Shown here in pieces: positions 1 through 12,075 of a stretch of 64,000 nucleotides of DNA. Both the position numbers and the translations under genes were made by a program. The stretch is taken from positions 23,312,001 through 23,376,000 of the forward strand of contig NC_042998.1 in the NCBI RefSeq assembly GCF_006345805.1. The letters are read 5' to 3'. Under the pieces are notes generated by a model. That model searched no databases, was not told the origin of the DNA, and worked only from the letters and a program-made list of their open reading frames with translations. The stretch comes from Octopus sinensis. Lineage: Eukaryota. Within the stretch, counting starts at the first letter, position 1; the number at the start of each line of letters is the position of its first letter.

Positions 1-499
1 ATCATCGTTGTTAGCATTAATGTTGTCATTGGCGATCTTCTTAGTGTCGTCATAATTATCATACCCAACATGACCACCACCACTGCTGCTGCTGCTGCTA
101 TTACCATGGCATTCATCGCACCCACTTCCATTATTTTTCTCTCTAGCTACAAAACAAATTAATCTATTTCCTTATAATTCAATTTAATTTGATATTTAAA
201 TGGTTATTGTCTTTCCTGATATACCACTGATACACAATACTATCAGTGTCTACATACATGTAATATACAAAATATCAGTATAACATAGATACACACACAT
301 GTATGTGTGTCTGTGTGTGTGTGTAAAAGAGAGAGGAGGTAACTTGTAAATATTCTATATTTTTGTTGTGTGGTAGATTTGAGGTCCATTTTTCTCAAAT
401 GCTTAATTCACATAGGCATAAAATCATAGCCACAGCCACCTCTTGAGTGATTGTGCACTCTTAGAAATTAAATGCTTCATTGTTTAGGTGATCAAAAAT

Positions 500-690
500 C
501 GTACAACATGAAAGCACAAAAAAACACAACAACGTGAGGATGTGGAACAAATATAGTATTATTGGACGCTCAGGAAAGAAGGAGGGTTTAACGTTTCGAG
601 CGGAGCTCTTTGTCAGAAACATAAGCGAAGGAGAGATCCAGAGAAGGGAATACAGAGGAAAAAGAATCGCCAACGGTACACACGCGGTCT
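500..690 (-). mobile_element. Penelope-like element terminal (pLTR-type) fragment carrying a hammerhead motif
   Basis: Contains a minimal type I hammerhead layout at 586-620 and a downstream TTCCTGAGCG motif shared with the hammerhead-bearing repeat at 46901-46963; the Penelope assignment is inferred from the ribozyme architecture. Confidence 0.55.
586..620 (-). ncRNA. Degenerate minimal hammerhead ribozyme (core G8 to A)
   Basis: Minus strand: gttt-CTGACAA-a-gagc(tcc)gctc-GAAA-cg-TT-aaac; stem I gttt/aaac, stem II gagc/gctc, palindromic CG stem III. Confidence 0.7.
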
Positions 691-963
691 GTTTTTAATA
701 CTGTGGACACCACCGGACTGAATGGTGTCGAAACCATAATGATATCTGTTTGGGAAACTAATGATGGGAATGCACATGTCATGTTCAATTGTGAATTTCT
801 TATATTCTGGATTGTCTTCATTCTTGTAAAGTAGAAAGTATTTGTCTATTTATAGTCTTTGGGGGGCCCCTTATTTTGGTACTGTTTGGTTGTCTTCATA
901 GGTAATCTAATTAGGCTTGGACAATACTTAGATACTGATGTCTAGTTTTGGGACGTTCTACAG

Positions 964-998
<35 letters not shown>

Positions 999-1106
999 TT
1001 ATATGGTGTTGGTGAGCAACTAAAAACAAAACATTTAGTGCTGGTGAGATTCTACAGATTTAGTAAATTAAAAGTTATTGATTAGAACCTCAAATTTTGC
1101 CGTTAA

Positions 1107-1515
1107 CTTTTTGTTACCATGTTTCTGTTGAAATACTGCCTTTGTTTCAAATAGTTTTGAAAATAATGAAGAATTTAGTAAAATAACTGCTTGGAAATTT
1201 TAATGCAAGGGTTGAATTTAGATCCCTTTAACCCTTTAACATTCAGATTACTCTGTCAAATGTAAAGCCTGTTTAATTACATTGTTTTAAATTAATTGTA
1301 CAGCATCTTGTAACTCTGAGATTTTGATGATGTCCCTGTTTATTTTTAGAATGACTTTGTAGGGTAGGTGTGAGAGGTCAGAGCTGGCTGGTTTGAGCAT
1401 ATAACAGGAAGACAATTTGGCCTGGTATGGCCGGTTTAAACACTAAAAGGATAAAGCAGGAATTTTATATCATAGAACTGGAGGTGGTCTCAGGTAGGTT
1501 GGTATCAAAAGAACT
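1107..1515 (+). mobile_element. TTAA/piggyBac-type MITE (E1) with a nested second MITE (E2, 1232-1450)
   Basis: Starts TTAA-CTTTTTGTTACC like the complete copy at 33756-33962; the inner element starts TTAA-CCCTTTAACATTCAG like 36961-37166. Confidence 0.6.
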
Positions 1516-1539
1516 AAATGGTTCAAATTTTGGCACAAG

Positions 1540-1675
1540 GGCAGCAGTTTTAGGGGGAGGTGGGGGCTGGTCGATCACATTGACCCCAGTATTTAGTTGG
1601 TATTTTATTTTATTAACCTCAAAAAGATGAAAAGCAAAGTTGACCTTGGCAGTATTTGAACTCAACAGAAAGAAC
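1540..1675 (-). mobile_element. SINE family B, partial degenerate copy
   Basis: gaccccagt...gatgaaaagcaaagttgaccttggcagtatttgaactca is the reverse complement of the family B core. Confidence 0.7.
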
Positions 1676-2304
1676 CAGAAGAAATACTGATAACCATTTT
1701 GTCTGTCAGCTTGCTGCCCTAAGTTTTGCCTGTTATGGTTTATTCAGACTCGTTGAATTTCACTTAAAACTTAGCAAACCATTAAACATTTATTATTTGG
1801 TGCCAACATTTTCATCACACCAATTGTGACCTGCTCACTGATGTGATTAAGAGACACATCAAAATTGCTTTAGTAACCAGGTTGCAGTTGGTGAGCTGAG
1901 AATTTTGACAACAAATAAATTATGGTCAAGTGAAGTCAACAGTGTTTTTGAGTTTTTGAGAAGCTAATATATTACACTAAACATTATTGGCACTCCATCA
2001 GTTACAAAGATGAAGGTTCCAGTTGACTTCATCAATGGAACAGCCTGATCATGAAATTAACATGCAAGTGGTTGAGCACACCACAAACACATGTATCCTT
2101 AGGAAGATCCAGCATGAGTGTGACAAAGCTGGCCCTTTGAAATACAGGTATAGCTCAATTTTGCTAGCTGGGTGGACTGGGGCAAAGTGGATTAAAGTAT
2201 CTTGCTTAAAGACACAGTGAACTGCCAGCAATTGAACTCATAACCTTATGAGGTGAACATCATGAGGTGAACACCCTAACCACTAAACCACATGCCTTTA
2301 CTCT

Positions 2305-2687
2305 CTGTATTCTTTTTACTTGTTTCAGTCATTTGACTGCAGCCATGCTGGAGCACTGCCTTCAGCTGAACAAATCAACCTTAGGACTTATTCTTTGTAA
2401 GCCTAGTACTTATTCTATCGGTCTCTTCTGCTGAATTGCTAAGTTACGGGGATGTAAACACACCAACATCAGTTGTCAAGCGATGTTGCGGAGACAAACA
2501 CAAACACATACACATGTACATATATACGACGGGCTTCTTTCAGTTTCTGTCTACACAATCCACTCACAAGGCTTTGGTCGGTCCAAGGCTATAGTAGAAG
2601 ACACTTGCCCAAAGTGCCATGCAGTGGATCTGAACCTGGAACCATGAGGTTGGTAAGCAAGCTGCTTACCACACACCACTCCTGTAA
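2305..2687 (-). mobile_element. tRNA-derived SINE family A
   Basis: Reverse complement of the ~400-bp repeat at 4249, 7227 and 22209 (A/B-box-like head, ccttgggcaagtgtctt, internal TA/TG microsatellite, gactgaaacaagtaaaaga tail). Confidence 0.85.
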
Positions 2688-3224
2688 CATAGGAAAATGG
2701 CGGCTCCTGAAATATCACTTAATGTCTTAATGTGTCAATTACATTTACTATTTATGGTTGTGCAATATTCTACCAACAAAACAAGTAAGTCAGGTGTATT
2801 TCTAAATTAATTGCAAGAGTTTTATATAATTTCATACACATTAAGGCCAATATATATATACATTAAATATATCTTCTCTGGTCACAAACTCATGCTTCTC
2901 ACACCATAAGGTAATTGGTGTCCTGTCACGATCAGCAGGTAGCTTAAGATGCTTTACATAAACACACATACACACACACCTGTTACATTAGTGAATTCAT
3001 AATAAAATAAGATACTGTGCTATTCGCTTAATATATTCTGATGTATGTTTTGTTTTTGTAATATTTCCTTTATGTTAAATATGATAAATAAAAATCAATA
3101 GACTATCTACTTAAGAGAGATATCCTTCAATTAGAGATAATACTTGTTCTGTCTCTCCATCCGTCCATCTGTCCATCCATCTATTCATCCATCCATAATA
3201 TTCCATATGCTACAGAAGAATTTT

Positions 3225-3612
3225 TTACATACAGCTTGTTATTGTTATTTCGGAGAGCTAACCAACTGGTGTTTGCTCATACGGGGGAGACTCAAGATGA
3301 GGGTCAGGGACCATCTTAAGTTTGTCCTCAACTCCTGCAGCATTCAACCGGCCCAACGTTAACACTTTGCTCAGAACTGGCATACCTGGGGCTCCCTCTG
3401 CGACGAAGGAGCTGCACACTTTGAACTAATCCGACATTGAAAACTTGAGAAAAAGAGACGTCAGTGTCATCTCAGACTCACCAACAACATAATGGGCAAC
3501 TTCCCTTGTCATCTGCATTCAAGGACCTGCCATTCCAGGATCGGACTGTTTTCACATCTATCAACTCACAAAATGTGGGATAAGACTCCTAGAGAATAAC
3601 ATCATCATCAAC
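3225..3612 (+). pseudogene. Degenerate 3' end of an RTE-like LINE ORF with C-terminal zinc-finger relic
   Basis: Broken frames read YFGELTN...RVRDHLKFVLNSCSIQP, then FAQNWHTWGSLCDEGAAHFE and FPCHLHSRTCHSRIGLFSHLSTH; ends in an (ATC)n tail. Confidence 0.75.
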
Positions 3613-4248
3613 ATTGATGGATAGCTTTAAGCAAGCAAGTGTTATTTTTTTATTATTTAAACCAAAGTCAGCCATAATCAAGTAGGCCTATGATCATTTT
3701 CTTTTCTTTTATTTTTTGCAGACCCCCCCCCCCATATATCTGTGACTATAATACATATGTTCTCTGCTTTTCAAGATAACTGGGTAGGATCCACGTGAAA
3801 TTTGGCTGCTATTTCTTGTAATTGGAGTGACTATGTACAAGCTCCTTAATTTACAACTTAAAGAAGTGGTTCTCAATGATTTTGATATTGAGAGACACTG
3901 GAGATGAAATGAGACAAATTACTGGTACACTGCATGGATGTTAAAAAGGATATATTATGTTTCAACCCCTTTGGTAGCAAACTATCTGAGACCATCCTTG
4001 GTTTAATTATGCAAAATTCCCCTTTTAAAGTGATTTAAATTCTTCTCAAAATTTCATTTTAATTTATGTTCCAGACTAATAACGACAATGCTTCATTATT
4101 TTCAAAATTAATTGAAACAAAGACGGCATATTTCATCAGAAATATGACACCAAGAGGCATTAAAAATTCAGAAAACAACAGGAAAAAACTATTGCTTGCC
4201 CTCATTTTATTAATCATACTTGTGTATGACAAACTAATGACCTACATA

Positions 4249-4638
4249 GGTGCAGGAGTGGCTGTGTGCTAAGTAGCTCGCTTACCAACCACCTGGTTCC
4301 AGGTTCAGTCCCACTGCGTGGCACCTTGGGCAAGTGTCTTCAACTATAGCCTCGGGCCGACCAAAGCCTTGTGAGTGGATTTGGTAGATGGAAACTGAAA
4401 GAAGCCTGTCGTGTGTGTGTGTGTGTGTATGTTTGTGTGTCTGTGTTTCTCCTCCCAACATCGCTTGACAACCGATGCTGGTGTGTTTGCGTCCCCGTAA
4501 CTTAGCAGTTTGGCAAACGAGACTGATACAATAAGTACTAGGCTTACAAAAAAGAATAAATCCTGGGGTTGATTTGCTCGACTAAAGGCGATGCTCTAGC
4601 ATGGCCACAGTCAAATGACTGAAACAAATAAAAGAATA
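4249..4638 (+). mobile_element. SINE family A, full length
   Basis: ggtgcaggagtggctgtgtg...ggttcagtcccactgcgtggcaccttgggcaag...gactgaaacaaataaaaga. Confidence 0.9.
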
Positions 4639-5180
4639 CATGTTTCCAAGGTGCTCAAGATTTATATGTCTTTTCTAAAGCCTTAACTACATTTTAAAAA
4701 AATTTGAGGGATACTTAGGTGCTCCAATGTGACACACCAAGACACCACTATGCACTGATTGAGAATCACTGGTTTAATTATGTAAATATTTCTGGAAGCT
4801 GTACAATGTGTGATTTATTTGTTTATGACAACATGCATTACAGTTGTGATAAATGGATTTATTTGAGTGTAAGAAATTGATGGGAAATGGCATTAAATGA
4901 TTAAATTCAGTATAAATGATTTAGCAGACACAACAGAACACTGCATTCAAACATATTTCATTTGTTCTCCAATATTCTTAATTTATATTCCACCACAGTG
5001 AATTGGATTTGGCTTTCTCCTATTGATAAAACAGGTACCAGATTTACACAGGTGTTGATTCAATTTCTTATAGCTCTGCCCCCTTTTCAAACAGATCTGG
5101 AACCAAACTAAATAAGTAATAATTGAAGGAAAAATTTAATAATTTAAAAGATTGGAAAACAATTTAAAATTTGAAACAGA

Positions 5181-5281
5181 GGCAGTGGTAAGAAGTTTGT
5201 TTCCCAACCACATGGTTCCAGATAGCCGTAAACTGACCAAAGCCTTGAGAGTGTATTTGGTAGATGGAAACTGAAAGAAGC

Positions 5282-5324
<43 letters not shown>

Positions 5325-5550
5325 GTGTGTCTTGTGTCTATGTTTATCACTCACTCCTTGACAACCTGTGTTAGTGTTTACATCCCTATGACCTAGCAGT
5401 TTGGCAAAAGAGCCTGGTAGAATAAATATGAGATTTAAAAAAATATAAAAACTGTGGTTGATTTATTCAACTAAAAATTCTTCAGTTCAATGCCCCAGCA
5501 TGGCTGTAGTCTAATGACCGAAACAAATAAAAAAAAAAAAAAAAAAATAA
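5181..5550 (+). mobile_element. SINE family A variant, internally deleted, with poly(A) end
   Basis: Matches family A head and 3' half but lacks the ccttgggcaag block. Confidence 0.75.
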
Positions 5551-5819
5551 ATCTCTAGATTCAAAATTCTAACGCCTGACAAGGTCCACATTTTTGAGGA
5601 AAGGTAAGATTATCTTAATTGCCACAATGTATCTAAGACATCATTATTTAATGTGAATTCTTGTTTTAAGAAGGTTGGACATGTTATGAAAACTATTTGG
5701 TTACTATCAAACAGTTTCAGAGATCTTACTGGGATTAAATCAATTCCGTATTTGATTGGCAGTATATTTATCAATCCCAAAACAGTAGCAATGAAATGTA
5801 TTTTATATCATATCCAACC

Positions 5820-6035
5820 TTCTTTGACCCTGACAATATCCGACTTAAATATTTTACTTGTTCCATGTTCAAACAATCCAGATCTAGCCTCTCACACTTA
5901 CCCTGCAATGTCATTATGAAAATAAACAATGACATGATCAAAATCTTGAAGCGATGCGGTAACATATGATTAATTTAAAACAATGTGAATAAATAAGCAT
6001 TACCGTTTTGATAGGGTAATCTGAATGCTAAAGGG
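5820..6035 (-). mobile_element. TTAA/piggyBac-type MITE (E2)
   Basis: Ends gtaatctgaatgctaaaggg-TTAA; reverse complement of 36961-37166. Confidence 0.7.
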
Positions 6036-6886
6036 TTAAACAAGAAGATACATGAAATAATGTAGTTGTAGATACCCTGTGTTAATTTAGTTAACTTTAC
6101 TCTCCCCTCAAATTTGTAGTCCTGTGCTTTTATTAGAGTTCATTATTTTGAATCTGAGTTGAAATTTTCTGTTTAAAACGAAAACGTTTTTTCAATCTTT
6201 TGAATTATAAAATCTTTCCATTAATTTAATTTCACAAATTTAGATAAGTTCAAATTCCATGTTAGACAAGAATCGTGGTGTATCATGTATATAGAATATC
6301 TTCATACAAAATATCAGTGTTCTAGACATTCCACTTCAAACTTATCCTTCTAATTTGTGAACTTCATTAAACAAAGAAATTTAAGTGACTAATTTTACTT
6401 TAGAATAGATTATAGACTGTTAAAAAAAAAGATTCTTAAATCATTTTTTAAAAACCCACTTTAGTCACTTGATCCTTAATTTTAAAAAATGTTCTCAATC
6501 AAAAAATATTTAAGAATCAGTTTAACGAATCCACGAAATTGCTGCACTTAATTTAAATAGTTATAAAAATCTTGTAATCTCATTGAAATTTTTATATATA
6601 AAAAAAATGCTGTTTTAATTGTATATAAAAAATAAACAAATCATTTAGTAATGTAAAAGATCTTTTAATTCCAAATGTTTATCATGGATTTAGTCAAGAA
6701 ACCAAAATCTAGAGTAAATGAAATTAGCCCCCTTTAACTACTGAGAATATATTATGTAAGATTCACCAATGTAGAGTATGGTATTTGAAGTTTTAACGTT
6801 TAAACACTGTACAGAAAATACATTCTCCTGGCAAGCAAATTCTCTAATATAGTATTGATCCTTTGTCAATATTTGATTTCATTTAA

Positions 6887-7047
6887 GGCGGCTAGCTGGC
6901 AGAAATGTTAGCACGCTGGGTGAAATGCTTAGCGGTATTTTGTTTGTCTTTATGTCTGAGTTTAAATATTGCCGAGGTCAATTTGCCTTTCATTCTTTCA
7001 GGGTCAATAAATTAAGTACCAGTTGCATACTGAGGTCAATCTAATCA
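6887..7047 (+). mobile_element. tRNA-derived SINE family B
   Basis: ggcggctagctggcagaaatgttagcacgctgggtgaaatgcttagcgg...gcctttcattctttcagggtcaataaattaagtaccag. Confidence 0.85.
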
Positions 7048-7226
7048 AAAATCAAAATTGTTTTAAAAAATTCATTTTCATTATTTTTTAGTAGATACCA
7101 AGGATTTTTAGGATAGTTGCAATTGCAAAGACGACAATAATGAAATAACTTGCACAGATATTGCTCTGTTTTCCAGTGACTTCCAGTTGCATAAGTTGTT
7201 TGAAATAAATTTCTTGAGGTTTAGGA

Positions 7227-7612
7227 GGTGCAGGAGTGGCTGTGTGGTAAGTAGCTTGCTTACCAACCACATGGTTCTGAGTTCAGTCCCACTGTGTGGC
7301 ACTTTGGGCAAGCGTCTTCTACTATAGCCTCGGACTGACCAAAGCCTTGTGATGGGATTTGGTAGATGGAAACTGAAAGAAGCCCATCATATATGTGTGT
7401 GTGTGTTTGTATGTCTGTGTTTATTCCCCCACCATCACTTGACAACCAATGTTAGTGTGTTTATGTTCCTGTAACTTAGCAGTTCAGCAAAAGAGTCCGA
7501 TAGAATAAGTATTAGGCTTACAAAGAATAAGTCCTGGGGTCAGTTTGTTTGACTAAAGGTGGTGCTCCAGCATGGCTGCAGTGAAATGACTGAAACAAGT
7601 AAAAGAGTAAAT
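7227..7612 (+). mobile_element. SINE family A, full length
   Basis: Colinear with 4249-4638. Confidence 0.9.
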
Positions 7613-7733
7613 GAGAACAGAATTAATGAAAAGAAGATGTATTTTTATTTCCTTTTTGGAATTCAAGAAAAGCAGAGTTATCCAAATAGTTAATGGCTTT
7701 GTATAATAAATTTTAAATATTTTCATACAATGT

Positions 7734-8039
7734 CTTCTATCTTTTACTTGTTTCAGTCATTCGACTGTGGCCATGCTAGAGCACCACCTTGAAACATTTT
7801 TAAGCAAATGAATCACTTACTTTTCAAAGTCTAGAACTTTTGTTGTTTGACTCTTTTGCTGAACCACTAAGTTACGGGTATCTAAACACCAATGCCAGTT
7901 GTCAAGCAGTGGCGTGGATAAACACAAAGTCACACACACATACATACAAACAAACACACATTTATACGACAGGTTTCCACCTACTAAATCCACTCACAAG
8001 GCTTTGGTCAGCCTATAGCTCTAGTAGAAGACACTTGCC
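7734..8039 (-). mobile_element. SINE family A, 5'-truncated, inverted relative to 7227-7612
   Basis: cttttacttgtttcagtcatt...gaagacacttgcc is the reverse complement of the family A 3' part. Confidence 0.8.
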
Positions 8040-9156
8040 AAATAAGTACTTAAAATTTTCACAAAATGTATTTTTATCTATCTATTTATTTAAATGAAAT
8101 TTTATCCCCAGACTTAAGAAGTAAATAAAACGTCAAAATTGCTGTTATACATTTTTATAATTTCAAAACAAGTTGTCCATAAGAATTTATCACAGAATCA
8201 CAAAATCCTATATAAACAAACTTTTTATTCAGTGTAAACTTAAGAGAGATATTCAAATGACATTTCCAATATATTCTGGTCACATCTTGGAATGTTTATT
8301 GTCCCGATATCTACACAATAGAATTCTTAAAATATTGTTGATTGTAACCTTATGAAAGAGAAAGCTTTTGTTTTCTGTTTAATAATGGGAAATGTAAATA
8401 TAAAATCCTTTATAAACAAAGAATAAAAACTAAATAAAACAGGGTTATTGTTTATAAGTTGAAAATGCTAATTTTTGGACACTCAATAAGTAAATGTATT
8501 ACGTCTTTGACTAATAACAATACAAATAAATGGTGCCAAAAGGCCGAAACATGTGAAGATATAGAGATAATTAGTGCAAATTACTGGACCTTTTTTTCTT
8601 TTTCTTTCCTTGAGAATCTTAAATAAAGCATTTATTCAAGACTACAGTAAGTGAATTCACTAAGGAAGTAAAGAACAAATGGGTATTCATAACTTATTTC
8701 TAAATGATTGGTATAAAGTTAGCAGTTCTTCAGGGGTTGCTGTGAAAAGTAGTTGGTACAACAAAAATTATGGCGGCAGCTGCTATGAAAGAACTGTAGT
8801 AAGCAGAGTAAAAAGTTCTATATTTAGTGAAGCCATATTTGGGAAGAAGGATTAAGAGAGAATATGAGTGACATTAAAAAGGTATTCACCTTACCAGCAG
8901 AGAGTGAACGGGAATCATTATAAGAACTACTACGACTGCAAATTACATAAACCCCCGCCTCCCTCCTGAGATTACCACTGCTACTGCGGCTGTTGTTTTT
9001 GTATCTTTACTATCAATAGAAACAACAACAACAATAATAAAAAAAAAGCAAAAGGAAATAAAACACAACAATAACTAAAGTTTATTTCTTTTGGAAAGAG
9101 AAATACTCCAGCACAGCTCAAGTCCTGCACAATCTAATATCGTAATTCAAGACAGA

Positions 9157-9177
9157 ATGGTTACACAAACTGTATCG
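9157..9177 (+). CDS. Candidate short first coding exon (MVTQTVS) of an unidentified host gene
   Basis: ATG GTT ACA CAA ACT GTA TCG followed by GTGAGT (phase 0), in a repeat-free stretch with an upstream GC-box-like ccccgcct; motif evidence only. Confidence 0.2.
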
Positions 9178-9350
9178 GTGAGTAAAAGAGTAAAATCCTC
9201 TCAAAACGCTCTCATATAATAGTAATATAGGACCTACAATTAACCAAATTAAAAAAAACACAAATTCAAACTTCCTCAACTTAAAAGGGGCTGTACCACT
9301 TTTGTTTACTAATAAATGTTTCTTTTTCTTTTTTAAACTATATACATATA

Positions 9351-9383
<33 letters not shown>

Positions 9384-10230
9384 TTGAAACAGCTTAGCTA
9401 ATGAAATAAAGAAGCAAGAAAATTTTAAAAGATAAACATTTCAAAAATTCACGTGTAAAAAAAAAACAACCATATCAAAATAAAACTTCTCAGATAAACT
9501 CCATAATGTTAAACATTTTTAAGCATAAAAAAAAAAGAAGAAATATTTGTTAATTAACCATCACAATGTTCCGCTAGAAAAACCAAAGTAGAATTTCACT
9601 AATGGCATTACCGTTATATTTTTCTTCTGCGACATAAGAATAATCAAATATCACATCATATTTCTTACTTAGCTAAACATAAGAAACTAAGAAGAATTAT
9701 TCATTTGTGCATGCATGCGTGTAAGAATATATATGTGTGTGTGTGTGTATTTTTTCATCCACTTTATTAATATTTTGATTATACAGGTAGATACTCCAAC
9801 TAATATTGAGTAACGTTACAAATAACAATAAAAAAAAAGTAGTTAAATAAATAACTACGCTATACAAGCTATTGTAATTCAACTTGTTAAACTCATAATG
9901 ATTGTTAACAAGTAAGCGAATCTGGTTTCACCAATTCATGAATATTGGTTAAAATACAAGTGAAATGTCAAGTGTTATATACAGTTACAATCATGTGCAG
10001 AAACCATTCTTTTACTTTCACTACTTCTTCTATAACTATTAGCACATCTTATATATATATATGTGTGTGTGTGTGTGTATGTATTTCTATCATGCTGAGA
10101 AACTTGGCAGACTTAATAATCTTTGGCAGCAGAATTGCAATTTTATTTCATTATTCTGTATTGCATTCAGACAGTTTATTAAATATTCAAGATTTATAAT
10201 GATGATAATAATAATAATAATAATAATAAT

Positions 10231-10441
10231 CCTTTCTACTGAAGGCGCAAGGCCTGAAATTTGGGGGAAGGGTTTAGTTGATTTCATCAACCCCAGTGCT
10301 CGACTGATACTTAATTTAATGACTCTGAAAGGATGAAAGGCAAAGTCGACCTCGGCGGAATTTGAACTCAGAATGTAGCAACAGATGAAATGTCACTTAG
10401 CATTTTGCCTGGCGTGCTAACGATTCAGCCAGCTCACCGCC

Positions 10442-10493
<52 letters not shown>

Positions 10494-10878
10494 TAACGAT
10501 GACGATGATGATGATGATGATGATATTTTGGCGGAGGGAACTAGTTGATTTCATCGACCCCAGTGCTTGACTGGTTCTTATTTTATTGACCCCTAAAAGG
10601 GATGAAAGTCAAAGTCGACCTAGGTGGAATTGGAAATTAAAATGTTCAGGTGGGAAAAGTGTTACCAAGGAGTTTGTCCAGTGTGATAACAATTCTGCCA
10701 CCTCACTTTCTGCTATAGGTACAAGGTCTGAAATTTTGAGGTAGGGGGCCCAGTGGTCAACTGGTACTTATTGGAAAGTGAGAAAGGCAAAATCGACCTC
10801 AGTGGAATTTGAACTCAGAATGTTAAATGCTGGAAGAAATGTTGGTAAGCATTTTGTCTGGTGTACTAATAATTCTGC
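10231..10878 (-). mobile_element. Cluster of three SINE family B copies separated by (TAA)n/(GAT)n
   Basis: Copies at ~10231-10443, ~10525-10700 and ~10705-10878 with gaaaggcaaagtcgacct...gaatttgaactcagaatg. Confidence 0.8.
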
Positions 10879-11259
10879 TTCAATAACAACAACAATAATA
10901 ATAACAACAACGAGTACAATACATAAAAGAATGTATGGTAATATTTAATTCTGTTCCTCCTCTCCATTCTTCAAGTTAACAAGTCTTTCATTCTCAGTTG
11001 TATTATAATGGAAAATTATCAATATTAAGTGAAGACTGCTAAAATGTTTATCAAGCATGTAATAGCATATAAATTGCAATAGTACAAAGTTGGGTCAAAT
11101 GATAGGAACAAAAAAATAGTATTTTTTTTTAACTGCTTTTATATATCTATTTTGTATTTTATATTACAACTGTATTGCTTGATTTTTTGTTTTTTTTTAC
11201 ATATGTTCGGAGAGCTATTAAGAAAATAATTGAGTGAGTGGATATTAAAGTGTATGCAC

Positions 11260-11456
11260 GTGTGTGTGTGTGAGTGCATGCATAGTGTTTAAGGGAGTGA
11301 ATAGGATGGGTGGTGTTAAAAGATAAAGACAGAGAACACAGAGAAAGTGAAAGTAATTTTTGTTTCACTTTCTCTGTGTTCTCTGTCTTTATCTTTTAAC
11401 CCCACCCCACCCTATTCACTCCCTTAAACACTATGCATGCACTCACACACACACAC
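11260..11456. repeat. Near-perfect long inverted repeat (93/94-bp arms, 10-nt spacer)
   Basis: 11260-11352 is the reverse complement of 11363-11456 apart from a small mismatch patch (ggatgggtggtgtt vs gggtggggtggggtt). Confidence 0.95.
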
Positions 11457-11820
11457 ACACACACCACACACACACACATATATATATATTTATGGAGAGA
11501 AAGAAACAACAAAATATATGAACTATAGGAAACTTAAAATACAGGAAGTAGCTTTGAAGTTAGTTAAAAGATATAAAATGTTTGGTAATGAACAATAAAA
11601 TAACAAAAAGTAATTTGTAAACTAAAGCTTCTGTATGGAGAATATATCAAGTAACAATAGATTTCATATTTTGATGAAGAATGAGCAAAATACTTAATCT
11701 AGCAATCAACAGGAAATATAATATGTTAACATTCCAGTCTTGATAAAATGATTGTAATCTATTTTGTTTTTGGATTTGGTTTGCAAGATTCTTTGTATGA
11801 GTTCGGGTGTTGAAGCATAT

Positions 11821-12043
11821 TCTGTTGTGTCTGGGGAGAATCATTTTCTTTTTGTGCCTTATAATTTAAAACACTCACAGGTAAAATTTCTACTTATCTC
11901 TTATTTTTATTTTCCTAAAATTTTTGTTGCAAGACGCAACGAAAATTTTAGGAAAATAAAAATAAGAAATGTGGAAATTTTATTGGTGAGTGTGTTAAAT
12001 TATAAGGCACAAAATGAAAATGACTCTCTCCAGACACAACAGA
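11821..12043. repeat. Fold-back inverted repeat (~110-bp arms, 5-nt loop aagac)
   Basis: tctgttgtgtctgg...ttgttgc / gcaacgaaaatt...ccagacacaacaga, with scattered mismatches. Confidence 0.9.
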
Positions 12044-12075
12044 TTGTAATCTAGTTAGTGGTATTTTCTGGTATA

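Noticed and set aside
8530-8562. aggccGAAAcatgtg as a hammerhead
   Set aside because: GAAA with palindromic CATG is present, but there is no CUGANGA box or convincing stems I and II.
8895-8935. 41-nt minus-strand exon candidate (tttgcag|...ctg|gtaagg)
   Set aside because: Splice motifs only; it conflicts in strand with the nearby plus-strand candidate and such matches are expected by chance in 64 kb.
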